Shown: in pieces, positions 26,961 to 43,769 of the stretch
Position numbering within the stretch: position 1 is the first letter of the stretch
Layout of the letters: each line of letters opens with the position of its first letter
DNA from: Octopus vulgaris
Lineage: Eukaryota
Direction: 5' to 3'
Length of the DNA: 64,000 nucleotides
NCBI GenBank assembly: GCA_951406725.2
Contig: OX597817.1
Location: forward strand, 142,662,001-142,726,000
The notes under the pieces: model-generated
What the model saw: only the letters and a program-made list of their open reading frames with translations
What the model was told of the DNA's origin: nothing
Database searches by the model: none
Translations under genes and position numbers: made by a program

Positions 26961-28809
26961 TTAAGACTGGTGTTTAAATTGATGTTATTAAATTAATATC
27001 CAATTTTTTCACCCTCTTTTTGACTTTAATTATATATATATATATATGTGTGTGTATATAAAAACGTACGCATTATTTTGTAACGAAAATTTTCACCATT
27101 GACAATGTATGTATAAAACAAATGAAAAAACATTCCCAGAGAAAATATGAATGGTTTTACTATGTGTATACGTGATTCTGAACTTTTGGGCGAGTAACTG
27201 GGACTGAGAGGTTTTTTTTTTTTTGAATGGGAAACAATTTATTTGTTTTTTTTTGTTGATTATTTTTTCAATGGTATGGAAACAATGAAACGAGTCCAAT
27301 AAGGTTTTTTTTTTTTTTCAAAATTTTCTTTTCCATTCCACAGCAGACGATTACGTGCAGATTTTATTTTGGCTTGCAGAGTCCGATAGATTGAAGCAAG
27401 CGAATGAACGAGCAGATGCGATCGAATCCCATTCAAGACTTTAACTTTTATACAATTATTTTTATTTTCAAGCTGGCGTTTCCTTCGTTTTCTTTTTCGA
27501 TAAAACTATCGATTTCATAATCCTTTCCCTCTCTCATCTCGTTCTCATTGCTCCAAACCTTCACTTTATATATATATGCCGCTTTTTTCCTCTCATTCTC
27601 CTTTTTTTTTTTGCTGACCTTTTCAGACTTCATGAATGTATGATTTCATTTTCACGTATTTCCTCTTCATCTGAAGACAAAACATTTAAAAAAAGAAGAA
27701 AGAAAGAAAAACTGCTTAAGTCTTCCATGACCAAGAACTTGTCACGACCCTGCTGTCCTGAGCAACTCCGAGTATCCCTCTTCAATTTGTACAAATCATC
27801 AAACGATAAACAGTTATCACCGCCTATACAGAGACTTACACGCCGCCAATTAATCACTCAGTGTCTCTTTATTTGCTGTGTCCACTCCAATTAAACAGGG
27901 AGAATTTGGGCGTTGATTGTTTCATTTCATTAAAATTCATATCTTAAAACAACCATTACTGACAGCACTAAGAAGCATTAAAGTTATACAGTCGATATTT
28001 GGCCAACATGTATGTCATATACATATTTATATATAAATTTATATATACATATGTATGTATATATACATATATATATGTATATATAAAACGCTATATATAC
28101 ATATGTATGGATATATATATATACGTGTATATATATATATACACGTATATATATATATATCCATACATATATACATGTATATATTTACATACATATTTGA
28201 CTAGCGAACAAAGTTGTAATTTTGTACGAATGTTGCTGTCTCTCTTGAAGTTATAAGATTCGAAACATAACCACGACTCTGTAAGCTGGTCGTTTATAAA
28301 TAAATGCGCTTAACTCTGCTTTTCAAAATATTGCAGAATTCTTTTTTACGTATGAAAGTCTTGACCATGCTAAAAAGAAAAAAACAAGATTAACACAGAC
28401 AAAACCAATGTACACAATAGAGAAATCAGAGCGAGGTATTTAATGCTATAATATTTTGGGAACATATGCAGTGTAGCTTGGATTTTTATATTCAGGAAAA
28501 TTTCTATGAAACCATCGGATGATAAAACACCCTTCAGCATTGTTCAACGTATATTTGCGTTGAACTTTGTTGTTTTATCTCTTATTATAACAAAATTTTC
28601 TGGAGATAAAAATTCTAGCTTCAACGCATACATACTTAAAGCATTATACCTCTATAATATATGTGTGTGTGTCTGTGTGCGTGAGCGTGTATATGTATGT
28701 ATATGTATTAGATATATACACATGCATATATATTTAGTCACAAGTATGTGTATATATTTACATATATACTCAGACATATACCCTTACATGCATACATATA
28801 TACATACAT

Positions 28810-28842
<33 letters not shown>

Positions 28843-30235
28843 CGTTTGCTTGATGCTTCTATGCTTTTAGCAAACCTGTTTTGAAGAAATACTCCAACAT
28901 CATTCATATTATAACAAACAATATAATTAATTATCGTTGGTTTTCTTTTTTTTCTAAATTTTATTTCGAAACTTTATTTCGACGTCATTGAATGCAAGAG
29001 GTTATAAAACGAAATATCTTAGATTAAATGACCTTTTCGTTGACCTTAATAAAGTTAACTATTGAGATACACAGATAAGCCATAGCAGAGACTCTAATTA
29101 AGCGTATTTAATAATCGTGGGATATCTAATATGGAGGCCAAACATACAATAATGAAAATATAATTTAACACATAGAAATACGTAAAATTTCTTTAGAAAG
29201 TCATACATTTGCAACGTTTAGAATAACTAGAATTCATTGAAACTAATCTTCAGCTAATTTGCATTGAATATTTCGATAAAATATCGGTGATATTTTAACA
29301 CTTCTTATTTAGATATTCTAAACGTGCTGATTTATAGAACTAGTTAAGACATTGACAATTATTTCTTTATTTTGCTCTATCTTTTAAATAGTTAAAGTTC
29401 TCTCAAAGAGGCTAAAATGAATGGAAAAGTAAGATTTAAAAATACATATATGAATAAATGCCTATGTTATAAATACATTTAAGCTAAGGTGAGGGCTTGA
29501 CTTAAATGTATAAGGCTAATCATCATAACTTCCTCGTATAATCAAGATCCATCCTTATTGCCCCATACACAGTGATATATTGTGATAATCCTGTTTTACA
29601 ATATTCTCTTCTAGTGGAATGAGTGCTTCATCCTAAGTTCTGATTTCAAATCCCGCCCGTCGCTACTTCATCTTTTATTATTCCGGGTTTGATAAAAAGT
29701 AAATCGCAATCAAATAATGGGGTAAATGTAATAATCTTCGTATTTTGTTTGTCTTGTTTTGTTTTCTTTGATATGTGTGTTGCCTTGTTATATATCGATA
29801 TTTTATTCGACGTTACCAAATTCGTCCCGGGTGACGGTGTATGTTACGAATTGTTTGACCACGAACACTGTTATGAATGCAGCTTCTGTTAAAAACCACA
29901 CACAGCACGCCTCGGTTTAGTTTTGAAACATTGTCAACTTAAAATATACAAAAAAGGGAAGTTTTTGATCTCACGATGTCCTACAAAACCAAGCACAGGG
30001 GAAAAAACATTTGATAAACAAATCAATCCACTGAATCAAATACACCAAGATACATTTAGACATACACAATGCATTCATACACACACACGTCCACACATCA
30101 ACACGCATACAAACACACACACACATATACATATATATCCAGCGGTGGTGCCCCAGCATGGCCGCGGCCTTCGGGCTAAAACAATTTTAAGGATCTAAGG
30201 ATACATTAATGCGTATCAAATATATATATACATTA

Positions 30236-30266
<31 letters not shown>

Positions 30267-30721
30267 TTGTATGCATGTATGTGTACATATGTATAGCACA
30301 TCAATGAAAAGTTATATTGTTAAACTGTCTTACACTTAACACTTTCACTAGTTCCACCAAGTTGGTTTTGGCCACGCTAGGCACTGCCAATAACGCTGCT
30401 ATAGCCTTCAATATATGTTGGTATTAGGGGAACGATCTTTATACCGCTGCCCTTGAATATGTCTCTTGCCGTGATATAGAACTGGGATTTTACACAGTAG
30501 AATGTCTGTGTTGACTGAATTGGTTGGCATCTACTCAACGTAAATTACCTTGTGTTTTGTTGCATATATTTTAAAATGTAAACTCATATTTAAATCCCCG
30601 CTTTGTTAATCTGTTAATACGCATATACTTTACGAAGAAAAGCTGATTATTACATAAACAAGAAAGTCATACCTTGTTTCCAATTTTTTTCAAGACATTT
30701 TAGTCTATAAAAACAAAATGG

Positions 30722-30777
30722 AATCTCTCACAACACACGTTATGAAAAAAATCTCTCACAACACACGTTATGGAAAA
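30722..30777. repeat. 28-bp tandem duplication
   Basis: AATCTCTCACAACACACGTTATG(A/G)AAAA twice. Confidence 0.9.
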
Positions 30778-30965
30778 ACAATACTAATAGGATGTGATAA
30801 TAAAAAGGTTTCTGTCTGGTCGTCAATGAATTTCTTTGAAAGATATGCAATTAAACAGCAACATATCCACAGATACATACATATATATGTATATATAAAT
30901 ACATGTATGTGTATATATATATATACACACACACACAAACACACAAACACACACACACACACACA

Positions 30966-31019
<54 letters not shown>

Positions 31020-31670
31020 CATATGTATATATATATACACACACATCTATTCATACATATATGCCTCGATCTGATATGCCTGTAACCCTACAACTGTTTA
31101 CATCATGTCCTGATAAGAGCTAAGCAACAATGTATTGCTTTTCATTGCTACACAACAACCATCAGCAATGTTCATTGAATCTTTAATTATATGCCAGAGA
31201 ATTTTTTTCCGTTCAAATAAATAAATAACTAAATACGTAAATAAAGGAAGAATAAAACATCCGAAATGCCTCAAGGAATTGCTTAATAATTTCAATTATT
31301 TAAAACTTTAAACGATCCTCTACATCATTCTCCCAACATCGTGTGTTTGTATATAAATATATATATACATATATATATATACATATATATACATATATAT
31401 ACATATATATATACATATATATACTTATGTATGTAGGCATATATGTACGTATGTTATATGTAAATTTGTATGTAAGTATACATATGCATAGACATGAGTA
31501 AGTACGTGTGAGTGTGTGTGTGTCAGTGTACGCTGTATTTGGAAAGAAAACCGAAAAATATATGTATATTTATACGTACATTCATAAATTTCTTTCTGAA
31601 TTTCTTTCATAATTATATATGTATATATACATATATAGATACATACATACTTACATACATATGTATATGA

Positions 31671-31747
<77 letters not shown>

Positions 31748-32475
31748 TATATATGTATATATGTGCACATATATATAAACATATAAACATATATATGTAT
31801 GTATACATTTACCTATATACATACATATATATATACATATATATATATACACATAAGCATATATATTATGTATACATACATATGTAGAAGCATATATATA
31901 TACATATATATATTCATTAAATTGCATTCCAAGAATGATATTTTTTTAATTACTTTCATTATTTAAACTTTTGTTGTTGTTGCTGTTGTTGTTGATTTTT
32001 ATTAGTTGTTTACGTTTTCCATTCTATTATTGTTTTCTGTTTTTGCTATATCATATATTTATACATTTTATTTTCGCCTGCATTTTCAGGGGATATTGGG
32101 GAGGGGGGAGTGTTTGCTTTTTTTTTTTTTGGCTTGTTTTTTTTTCAACTGACTGAAATTGGATACCTTTCCCAAAATATCCAAATTTGTTGTGTTGCTT
32201 AATAACTTTAAAGTTATATGTCTGATGTATATTAGCTCCAATTTAATATGCAAATAAATATGTAAAAAAATAATAATAAATAATTGATCTAAAATAAATT
32301 CATGCTTCCATTTAGTTTCAAGATTCAAATTTTCTTTTTACAAGTAAATTTATGGTGTGTGTTTAGATGCATGTATATACAAGATGCAGCAAAACAAATC
32401 CCTACATGTTAACCATTTTGAGCTACATTTTTATGGAGGTTTTACTGTGTAACCTGAAATATGTTTCCGCGCGCT

Positions 32476-32514
<39 letters not shown>

Positions 32515-33714
32515 CTATGTTTTTCTTGTTTATTTTTCAAATCTTTTTTTTTCCCAGAAGCTATGTATTTATGTAGTTTTGTATGTATATCAAATTAAGC
32601 TGATAATAGTTTTACTACAACAAACAGGATACATACTGTGTAATGCATTTTACATAGATCTATGTGTGCGTTTGAATGCATGTTTGCGTTTCTATGCATG
32701 TGTTATATGCACCTGTGTATGTGTGTGCTGTAGTGTGCGCGTAAAAGTGTTTGTATGAGCGTAAGTGTATGTGATAAGATACAGATGTGTATGGGAAGGT
32801 GTACAAAAACTGACAGAAGCTGGAGGCGTCTATTCAATCAGTCACAACGAACTTAGGGCCATACCTGGAATTAATCGAAATGCCAGTCTTTCACATGCAG
32901 GTACCACAGACACATGCAATATATTGACCATCCCTAATGAAATATATCCGTTTAAATCGGGAAATTAAGACTATTGGCTTCTGGGCAAGTTAGTGATATA
33001 CAATTGCAGACCACCTGCGAATATTAATATTACAATCAAAGTTAACTAATGAATACACGGAGATACAGAAGACATTTCTGTATATATTTCTTTTACAGTA
33101 ACCCATCGGAATGCTGAACGTTGTAACTTGACGAAATTCTCATCAATTCTGTGTGATTGTTATTGTAGTTAAGAGCATGATACACTCAGGGTAGCAGATT
33201 AGAAGTATGTGAACCGTACATTTGATCATAGGTTATCTTCATATATCAACCCTGACGTTGAGTAACAGTGTTATCGCTGAGGTGAACATTCAATGGTAGG
33301 GTCCAAGGAGCCCTTATACACAGTGGAGTGTTCTACTGAGCAAACACACAGAAATACTTGAAGAGAAAGCTGCAAGGCGAAATATAACGTTAGTTGTTTT
33401 AACAGTGCTGTCAATCACTACAGCCATAAAATATTACAAAAATTATACACCGCAGAAGGGAGAGGGATTGTTGAGAACTGACTGCTGTTATTGTGGACAC
33501 AAAACGCTGCTGCAAACAGTATGCATACTGTCTACCATTCGGTCATTCTGTTATTCCTGTTGTCATTCTTTTGCTCTAACTCAAGCAAAACAAACACAAA
33601 CACTGTTTCACTTGCTTTCTGGTTTGACAGAGTGCAGAGATATGTTTTTTTTTGTATAACTTAGTGTATACATTACTCCATGTGCATATGCGTTTTGTGT
33701 CTCTGTACGTGTTC

Positions 33715-33749
<35 letters not shown>

Positions 33750-33869
33750 CTTTACTATGAAACATTGCATGTAAACGTTTGCCTTTTGGGATGGGAAGAA
33801 AAATTTATACCACCAAGAAAATATGTGGGAGCGAGAGACGTGCATATACAACCATATATCCATATATCC

Positions 33870-33925
<56 letters not shown>

Positions 33926-34237
33926 ATATGTATGTATATATGCGTATGTGTGTATGTGTACCTTCATATACCACCATGAATGTATGTATAAGTATATATG
34001 GGTGAGTATGTATATCTGTTTTGGGTATCCAAGTGTTCTCTTGATGACCATCCATGGCCATCCATTAACACAAACCTTTCACAATTCACATGAAATGAAA
34101 TTTTATATCGAATACGTTGCTTTTTATATTTTGCTAAAACTAGACACAGGTATTTTGATACTTCAATAAATATACACCCATGTGGAATTGGGATTATACA
34201 ATATATACTGAGTGATGTATATAAACAGAATTAGTGT

Positions 34238-34291
<54 letters not shown>

Positions 34292-34340
34292 TGTATATAT
34301 ATATATATATATATTCACATATAAATATTCATACATTTAC

Positions 34341-34386
<46 letters not shown>

Positions 34387-35159
34387 ATATATATATATAT
34401 GTGTGTGTGTGTAGGTAGCTGCATATACATATATGGGTGCTACTTGTACGGTCAATCAAAGTGCATAATTTTTAAAATTAAGAATGTTTTCATCTCACAA
34501 AATTACATAATTATATTTATATCACTGCGTTTAAGAGAAAAAAAGTTTTTTATCTTATATGTTTGTCAAACAGATCTTGACAGACATAAATTAAATTTCT
34601 CACCACTTCTTGAGCTTTACAACGAAATTCTATAAATTCTACCACCAAAGTTGCAGTTAATTTACATACGTTAGCACCATGTCTTTTAGAGAATGCTTTT
34701 CAACAATTATTTAGTAATTTGATAATATTACAAATTTATAGTAGACAAAAATTTTGTTTGGTCAATAACAACGTCTCCAAACTAAATATCTTTACAGTTC
34801 CAAAATGGGTAACAATGCCTCCCCCCAACACCACACTGTAATCATTTGGACACAGTCTTCAGTGAATTTTCGTGAATTTATTACCTGGTGTATTTGATAT
34901 GGTTAAATATGGACTATAGAGTATAATTGTAAATATGCATGTGTATGTAGACGTGAAAAATATACAAACCCGCCAAAAAACATAAAGCAATATGGAAAAG
35001 AATCAAAGAAAATATCTGGATACATTCCTACACACACACTCACACATTCGCACGCATACACGCACACGCGCAATGTAATCCGCTGTTTTAAACCTTTTGG
35101 TCTGTATTTATGTACAACATATACCATATATATCATTACAGGCCTTTGTGTGTGTATAC

Positions 35160-35560
<401 letters not shown>

Positions 35561-36489
35561 TAGGTTTTTGTCTTTATAAATAGTTCACGAGAAAATGTGA
35601 AGGCTAAGTGTTTAAGTCCTTTATAGAAAAGAACACATCCATTGTGTTCCATATATTAAATTGATCCATTTTACACTGCAGTTTAATCTGCTTATTTCCC
35701 AGCATGCATAATCACAATTATACTCTGCTCTCATGTCAAGCGCCATGCGGAATAATAACGAAAAAATATCAAATCTTCCTCTTCATTCAAAATTATCTAA
35801 GAAATATATCTAGTGAAATTCCACACAAATTTAGTTTAGAAAATCTGAAAATTCTTAGCGTCTGTATGATGAAGAAACTGTATACATTACATCAATGCAA
35901 ACTATATGCTCCCCTTAAGGGTTACAGCATTAAGTAATGGAAGTCGGTGTATACATTCTATTGTTATTCTGCTTCTTCCTATAAAACAAGAGAGAGATGT
36001 TTGAACGATGATAATGTAATACATGACTGGTTTGTATTCCTTCAGCTTTGAGTTTAGGAAGAAAATTAAATCAGATCGGTAGCATTTTGCAAATATTTAG
36101 CGAACGGAACTATGATTTGATACACTATATAACAGAGAAAACAAAGGATTGTCCGGCATTTGAGTTTACGGGAAGATGGTATACAGAATGAAGTTACAGA
36201 AGAACAAAAGGTATTGTAATATCTGAAGTAACAATTCAACGAACAGAGGACAGAGGTAAGATGTACAACAAAGACAAAAAAAAAACAAAACATTTCCGTT
36301 GATAAACATTCAGATATCTTCAGTGTTTGTTTATTTTTTAAATAATTCCACTAGGTTAACTAAATATAATCTGTATTAAGATAGGGATCAGATTGTTAAT
36401 GACAACGCCACAGATCGATATCAAAGTTCACAGTGCGAGTGAATGTGTGTGTGATGGAAAGAGAGAGTGAGAAAGAGGGAGAGAGATCG

Positions 36490-36590
36490 GGGCTATAACA
36501 GAAGACGTTTGCCCAAGTTGCAACCACGTGGGACTGAACTTGGAACCACGTGATTGAAAAGCGCACTTCTTAACCACACAACCATGCCTG
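36490..36590 (-). mobile_element. Degenerate SINE family B head
   Basis: GAAGACGTTTGCCCAAG..GTGGGACTGAACTTGGAACCACGTG..ACCACACAACCATGCCTG. Confidence 0.75.
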
Positions 36591-36595
36591 TGTAT

Positions 36596-36639
<44 letters not shown>

Positions 36640-36659
36640 CGACAGACCGACAGAAATAC

Positions 36660-36758
<99 letters not shown>

Positions 36759-37579
36759 CGTTTCAATGAAGAAACTATTGTTGTTATGCAACAGAAGAAT
36801 AATTTCTGAACAATGTTTCTATCAATAATATTTTTCTGAATAATGGAACTAAACAACTGAACTCCATATCATGCAAAAGGAATATTTCCAGGTGAAATTT
36901 TAAAGACTCTCTAATCGCCACGTTTTAAAGGAAGAGGTTAATCCTGTAGTTCGGGTTACTACAAAATTTCGGATAGTTTAGGTTTGCCATTTGAAGCCAT
37001 TAAATTATTTGCTATTATAATAGTTGTTCATACGACGAGGTTGACAAGCAGTTTTAAAAAATCCCGACCCGAGGCATTTGGTACAATTCGTGCTGTAATT
37101 TGAAGGCAATATCGTTTACGATTGTTGGGCGTTGAGACAAAAATATTATTTCGTAGAACATTTTGGGTAGGCTAAGTGGGTTCAACAGATTTTCAAAGGA
37201 ATTGTCAAAGAAGGACTTCTCAATAGATAAAGGAGATAACAAAATAATTAATAATAAAAGTGTGCATGGTGCCATCAGATGTGGACTGTGGGTTAACCTT
37301 ACCAGGTTCGTTGTGACATATGCACACACATGGACAAACACGCATATATATATATGAGTGTATATTATGTATGTGCGTGAGTACATGCATGTGTATGTGT
37401 GTGAGTGTGTGTGTGTACGTGTATGTATGTGTACGTGCGTGTGTACTTTAGACTGGATATATTTTAGTTGAGTTGACCACCTCTAGCATCTTGAAAGACC
37501 GCACAATGGAAGCAGCACCCATATATGTATGTATGTATATATATATATACGGTATAATTATATATTATATGTATGTATA

Positions 37580-37632
<53 letters not shown>

Positions 37633-38220
37633 GTCTGTATGTATATATATATATATATATACTTATGTATATATACATACACACACAGATACATGTATAC
37701 ACACACATATATTGAATGGAATATACATCTCCAGTCCTTGGTATTTAGGTGTGCTGTCTATATTTATATTAATGAAAGCATTCCTTTAAATGCATATATA
37801 ATCGTGGTATAGAATTATATATGTGTTTAGAAGTGTGCATCTTATCTATTTTCATGTGATCATTGGTTCTCCCATGTTCTACATATAGGCCTACGCATAC
37901 CTGTTTTCATACACATATGTGTAAGCTTTTATGCATTACATTTAGATATGGAAATTTATGTGTATGTTTAAAATCGTCCATATAGACATACACAAAAAAT
38001 CCGTTTATATTTTCAAATATACATCGTGTATATTATTCATATATGCCTGTATACACGTCTACATTTGAAAGTATATTAATATATATGCGTGTGTTTGTGC
38101 GTATATGCGTTAAAATTATGTGCATATACATTCAGATAACTAAAATACTGATGTCTCTATGTATATGAGCAGAGAAATACAAAGTTTGAGTTTATATAGT
38201 AATATGCAAGAACATATATA

Positions 38221-38299
<79 letters not shown>

Positions 38300-38504
38300 A
38301 TATACATATATAAGGCGATGATCCAGCATGGTCGCAGTCAAATGACTAAAACAAGTGAAAGAATAAAGAAAAAGTAATATACATACATATATATATATAA
38401 TTATATATATACACGTAAATATATATTTACGCATATATGTTATATATGTGTGTGTATATATGAATATATATATATATATATATAAATATATATGTATGCT
38501 TGTA

Positions 38505-38558
<54 letters not shown>

Positions 38559-39217
38559 TGTGTATATGTATATATGTAATGTTGTTTCTATATTACTGTT
38601 TAACCGATAAATATTAATACATACGCATGCACATATATAAATATCAAATGAAACACACTTGTATGCACATATGTAAATGAGCGTCAATAGCTTAATGCTG
38701 AGTCTCTTTCGTATGTACATACAACCACGCACGCACATTCATGCGCACAATTATAGACACGTAAATATAGACAAAAATCAGCTCCAAAAAACAACAACAT
38801 TATTATTCGATCCACTACACCGATAATTCACCCGCCATCATAAGATAACTGTGTATGTGTGTTCTAAGTTATCAACTGTGTCTTTATTCAAAACCAATCA
38901 AAACCGTTTATGTTTGCTTGGCTTTATCTCCTTATTTCTTTTTTAAATCTCCAACGAATCTCTAAGAGACATTTGTCATTTCATAACTATGAATATAAAT
39001 TTTCTATCTATTTTTTTACGCTTCATATAATCTCACTATCTTTGATTTCTCTCTGTTTATTTTCGTAGTGTTTTACGTCTTCTATTTATGTTTCCATTCT
39101 TTAGCGTTCAATGTAGACAATATATTCCTAAAATTAATGAACTATTTAATTTATTACAAGTAAAAATCGATAGGAAAATAATTCCAAACATTGAAGTATA
39201 CATTAACTTTATATATG

Positions 39218-39290
<73 letters not shown>

Positions 39291-39469
39291 ATATCTCTGT
39301 GTATGTACGTATATGTGTATATGAGTGCATGTGTGTGAGTGTGTTTGCATGTGAATATTTATGTGTGAGTATATGCCTTTGTGATTGTGTTTGTTCATTA
39401 TTGTCTATTGTTTGTTCTTATAATACATATTCTGGCCTCAATCTAGAATAATATGTATACATACCTAAA

Positions 39470-39506
<37 letters not shown>

Positions 39507-39533
39507 GTGTATGTACATATATACATACAAACA

Positions 39534-39564
<31 letters not shown>

Positions 39565-39659
39565 ATGTATATATAGCTAAATAGATAGCTATATGTATGT
39601 ATTTATAGTTATATGCGTATGCATATATATGCATGTATATATGTATTTATATATATATA

Positions 39660-39722
<63 letters not shown>

Positions 39723-39906
39723 CAATACACTAAACCTCCTCCACAGCCTCGTTGTTCAATATAGGTTTTTCGCTTTCTTGAGCACTGACTTCATATTGTT
39801 ATGAACCGCGTAATAATTTTAGCTCGCAACAATAAGAATTACAAGAACAACACAAGCAACAATAAAAATAACAGCAATAACAACAACTACACCTATAATA
39901 ATAATG

Positions 39907-39937
<31 letters not shown>

Positions 39938-39945
39938 TAATAATG

Positions 39946-40009
<64 letters not shown>

Positions 40010-40069
40010 TAATAATAGGGAAGTTAAAATAAACATGCAAAGAAGTGCTTAACCAGAACGCCATGACTT

Positions 40070-40425
40070 CCAAATATAACAGTCCCAACAGATGACGATT
40101 TATCTCTGAAAGAACTGCAGAAAGTATTGAAATATAGATCTGGAAATAGAGATGACCCAAATGTGGGTCCTGAATATAGAAACAACCCCTATAATAAATA
40201 TATAACGCAGCCAACAACTAAACCAAAAGGCTATGGGTTATGAATATATGTACGTATATATATATAAATAGCACTGCTGGAGACTGCACACATCCTACAT
40301 GGAGCATTTTATGTACAGAGGAAAACAACAACAGCAAAGCAAATCACAGAATATACCCAAGACACACAGACAAGCGCTTGGTAGTGCAATGAAAGCACGA
40401 GAAAATTAGACTAGTCAATAATGAT
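40070..40425 (+). mobile_element. Decayed 3' fragment of RLE-type LINE, related to family 3
   Basis: CTGGAAATAGAG, ACTGCACACATCCTAC and 3' UTR TACCCAAGACACACAGA..GGTAGTG..TGAAAGCACG match 3097-3434; lies just 3' of (AAT)n 39895-40017. Confidence 0.8.
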
Positions 40426-40693
40426 AATATAAGCACAAGGACAGAATTTTAATTTTCACGGAAGGGAAAATGGATTATATGAACTACGATGTTTTGGTGG
40501 TCTTTCTTTTATCGACTGCAGAAGGACGATAAGTAAAAATCAGTTATTATTACGTTATTGTACACTGCGAGGTACTTCGTTGCTTGACCTTCCAATTTTG
40601 ACATTCCCCTGCCAAATCGCAGTAATATATAATACATTATACATAATAGAGTTTCAGAAAATAATAATGATAATAATAATAATAATAATAATA

Positions 40694-40771
<78 letters not shown>

Positions 40772-41586
40772 TTCATAGCGTTTACTTTCTTCATTGCCGA
40801 CAGCTTGTGCATTACCCACTTCAATTCATCATATTCGTTCTCTTTTGCTTTTGCTTTCTCTATAGTAACAATAACAACAATAATATGGTAGAAATAATTA
40901 AGATATCTGTCACCAAATACCCTTTGATCGCTAAAACTAATTTCACTGAATCAGAGACAGTGTAAAATCCAGAAGATTCTTAGAACTGTCGGTCAACAGC
41001 AAGCTCAGGAAACTGCAATCAAGTTAGGCTCTCCAAATTGTATATATAACAAATATATATATAACCTATGATTCATTTAATTGTTTCTTTTCATCAATAC
41101 ATCAGAAAATACAATGTAAGCTACGATTTACTGGCGATTTCATAAGAGGAGGATACATATTCTTAGTTGTCTTTTTTACATGAATATCAAGCAAAACAAT
41201 GGCTGATATTATTCATTCCTGACATCGTCTACATTTCGAGAACATATTTAAATAATCCCTGTATTAATTAGAATAACGCTGATTGATATATTTTATGATG
41301 TCACACTGTTAAGTGTGAGTGAAGTTAAAACGTTAAAGTCGCTTCATCTCCAAATAGCGTATTACTAATAATTCATTGATATTTGTTAGTAACTACTAGA
41401 AAATGTCAATGATGAGATTTCATCCCAGAAACATTAATAATGAGGTATTAAAGACAAATAGCTTTGCACCTTCTTTGCTATTAAACGAAACATCACCCAA
41501 GTCTTTCCTGTTGATTGTAACATCGCTTCAAGAAACATATATACAATCCCTGCTTCATTCATGGATACAGTGTTTGAGCATTTAAA

Positions 41587-41681
<95 letters not shown>

Positions 41682-42057
41682 CACCTGTATGTGTGTTTGC
41701 GCGCGTACGTGTATTTGTTGTGTTTGTTTGTTTATGTCCAATTATAATAAAAACAATTCTACATTAATCTGATGGGTCACTCTACACATGTGGGGTGTAC
41801 AAATATATTATCCTCAAACAAGAATATTATTTGCAATGACTTCAAAAGTTGCATCATTTAAGTCATCGTCATTTGTTATAAGGAGTAATATTGGTTTGTG
41901 TGTATGCATGTATGTATGCATGCATGTATCTATATTTGTATATTTACGAGTGTATGCATGCATTAATGTATTTATGCGAAGATATACACAAACGCTGGTG
42001 TGTAGCTATGTGGGTATACATGCATGCTTAAGGTATGTCATTTTTCAGCTTTTTTTT

Positions 42058-42268
42058 CAGGGCGGCGAGCTGGCAGAATCGTTAGCACTCTGGATGAAAT
42101 GCTTAGCGGTATTTCGTCTGCCGTTACGTTCTGAGTTCAAATTCCGCCGAGGTCGACTTTGTCTTTCATCCTTTCGGGGTCGATTAAATAAGTACCAGTT
42201 ACGTACTGGGGTCGATATAATTGACTTAATCCCTTTGTTATTGACCCTGCGGGTAATAAAGAAATATT
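42058..42268 (+). mobile_element. SINE family A
   Basis: GGCGGCGAGCTGGCAGAATCGTTAGC..GAGTTCAAATTCC (B box)..GTCGACTTTGTCTTTCATCCTTTCGGGGTCGA. Confidence 0.92.
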
Positions 42269-42649
42269 TATTTCAAGATTTCTTTCCAATAGAGAACGAG
42301 TTTGCTTCCATCAAAGATCCAAGGCACCTTCATTGGAATTTCAAAATCAATAAGCTTTCTATGTATGCATGTATGTCTGCATGTATGTATATGTGCAGAT
42401 TTGTATGTTTTGTTTTATGTATGTATTCTCATGCATATACTTGCATATCTAGACATGCTCCTATATATTTAAGTGGTAAACTTCTGGAAAATTTTACAGA
42501 TTTTTACAGTTCTTGGGATGTATGTATATATGTATGTATGTACGTATGTATGTATGTATGTAAGTATGTATGTATGTGCGTGTATGTGTGTGCCTGTGTG
42601 TGTGTATGTGTGTGTGTGTGTCTGTGTGCGTGTCTGTGCGTGTGTGTGT

Positions 42650-42685
<36 letters not shown>

Positions 42686-42822
42686 CAAGTAGCTGAATTA
42701 TTATATTGCTACTCTGCAGTTTCCGTGATATTTAGGCGTAAATTCCTTATTGAAAAATGCAGACATAGTTCTTACTTCCCTCTATGAGAAATTCAACTAC
42801 ACGTAAAGTACATATATGTATA

Positions 42823-42884
<62 letters not shown>

Positions 42885-43471
42885 GTAAGTTGGGGTAATG
42901 TTTCTGTATGTGTATCTTTTGCAAATACATAAAAACAGATATATATATGTAAACGCATGCATATAACTTCACGCGCATATATATGTATATGCATATACGT
43001 GTGTGTGTGTGTGTATCTATATATATACATACATATACGTATACATACATAGACATATAAATATATGCATATACACACGCATTCACAAACGCAATCACGC
43101 ACACAGACAATCAAAAACACACATGAAACTTGCCCACATAAAAACCTCAACAATGAGACGTTAACTGCGCATCTTTCAGGACCTAAAATGATCTCAAACT
43201 TCTACAACACTGACGGGGGGTAACAAGCCACTTTTGAAGCCTGTGCTAACGAGACCAATGAGATATCATTATTTCGTCATATACAGATGTCGGTAGTAAT
43301 ACAATCTGCCCTACCGAAGCATATTAATGAATACATGTGTGTGTTTATAACTATATATATATATATACACGTATGTATATATATGTATATATGCACATAA
43401 TTACATATATATTTATATATATATATATATATATATATGCATGTATATATATATGCATATGTTTATTACGT

Positions 43472-43566
<95 letters not shown>

Positions 43567-43769
43567 TGTATGTATGTATGTATAACATTACTTATGCAGG
43601 AGTAAATGTATGTGTGTTCACGTGCATGGGTGTGAGCCAATATATGTATTTATATCATGGAGACAATGCTGGAACTGAAGTTAAGAAAGGCTTGCTGATT
43701 TCTAAGGCCGCCATCTTCGTCTCAATCTTCACCATGAAAATCACCTTCATGTGCATCGTTTAAAGTATT

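Noticed and set aside
32790-33640. Possible ancient Tc1/mariner remnant on the minus strand (PDLN-like codons near 32950)
   Set aside because: Only a four-residue hint with no demonstrable TIR pair; needs TBLASTN.
41788-42696. Longest ORF (302 aa)
   Set aside because: It runs through ATGT/GT microsatellites and a SINE A copy; a chance open frame.
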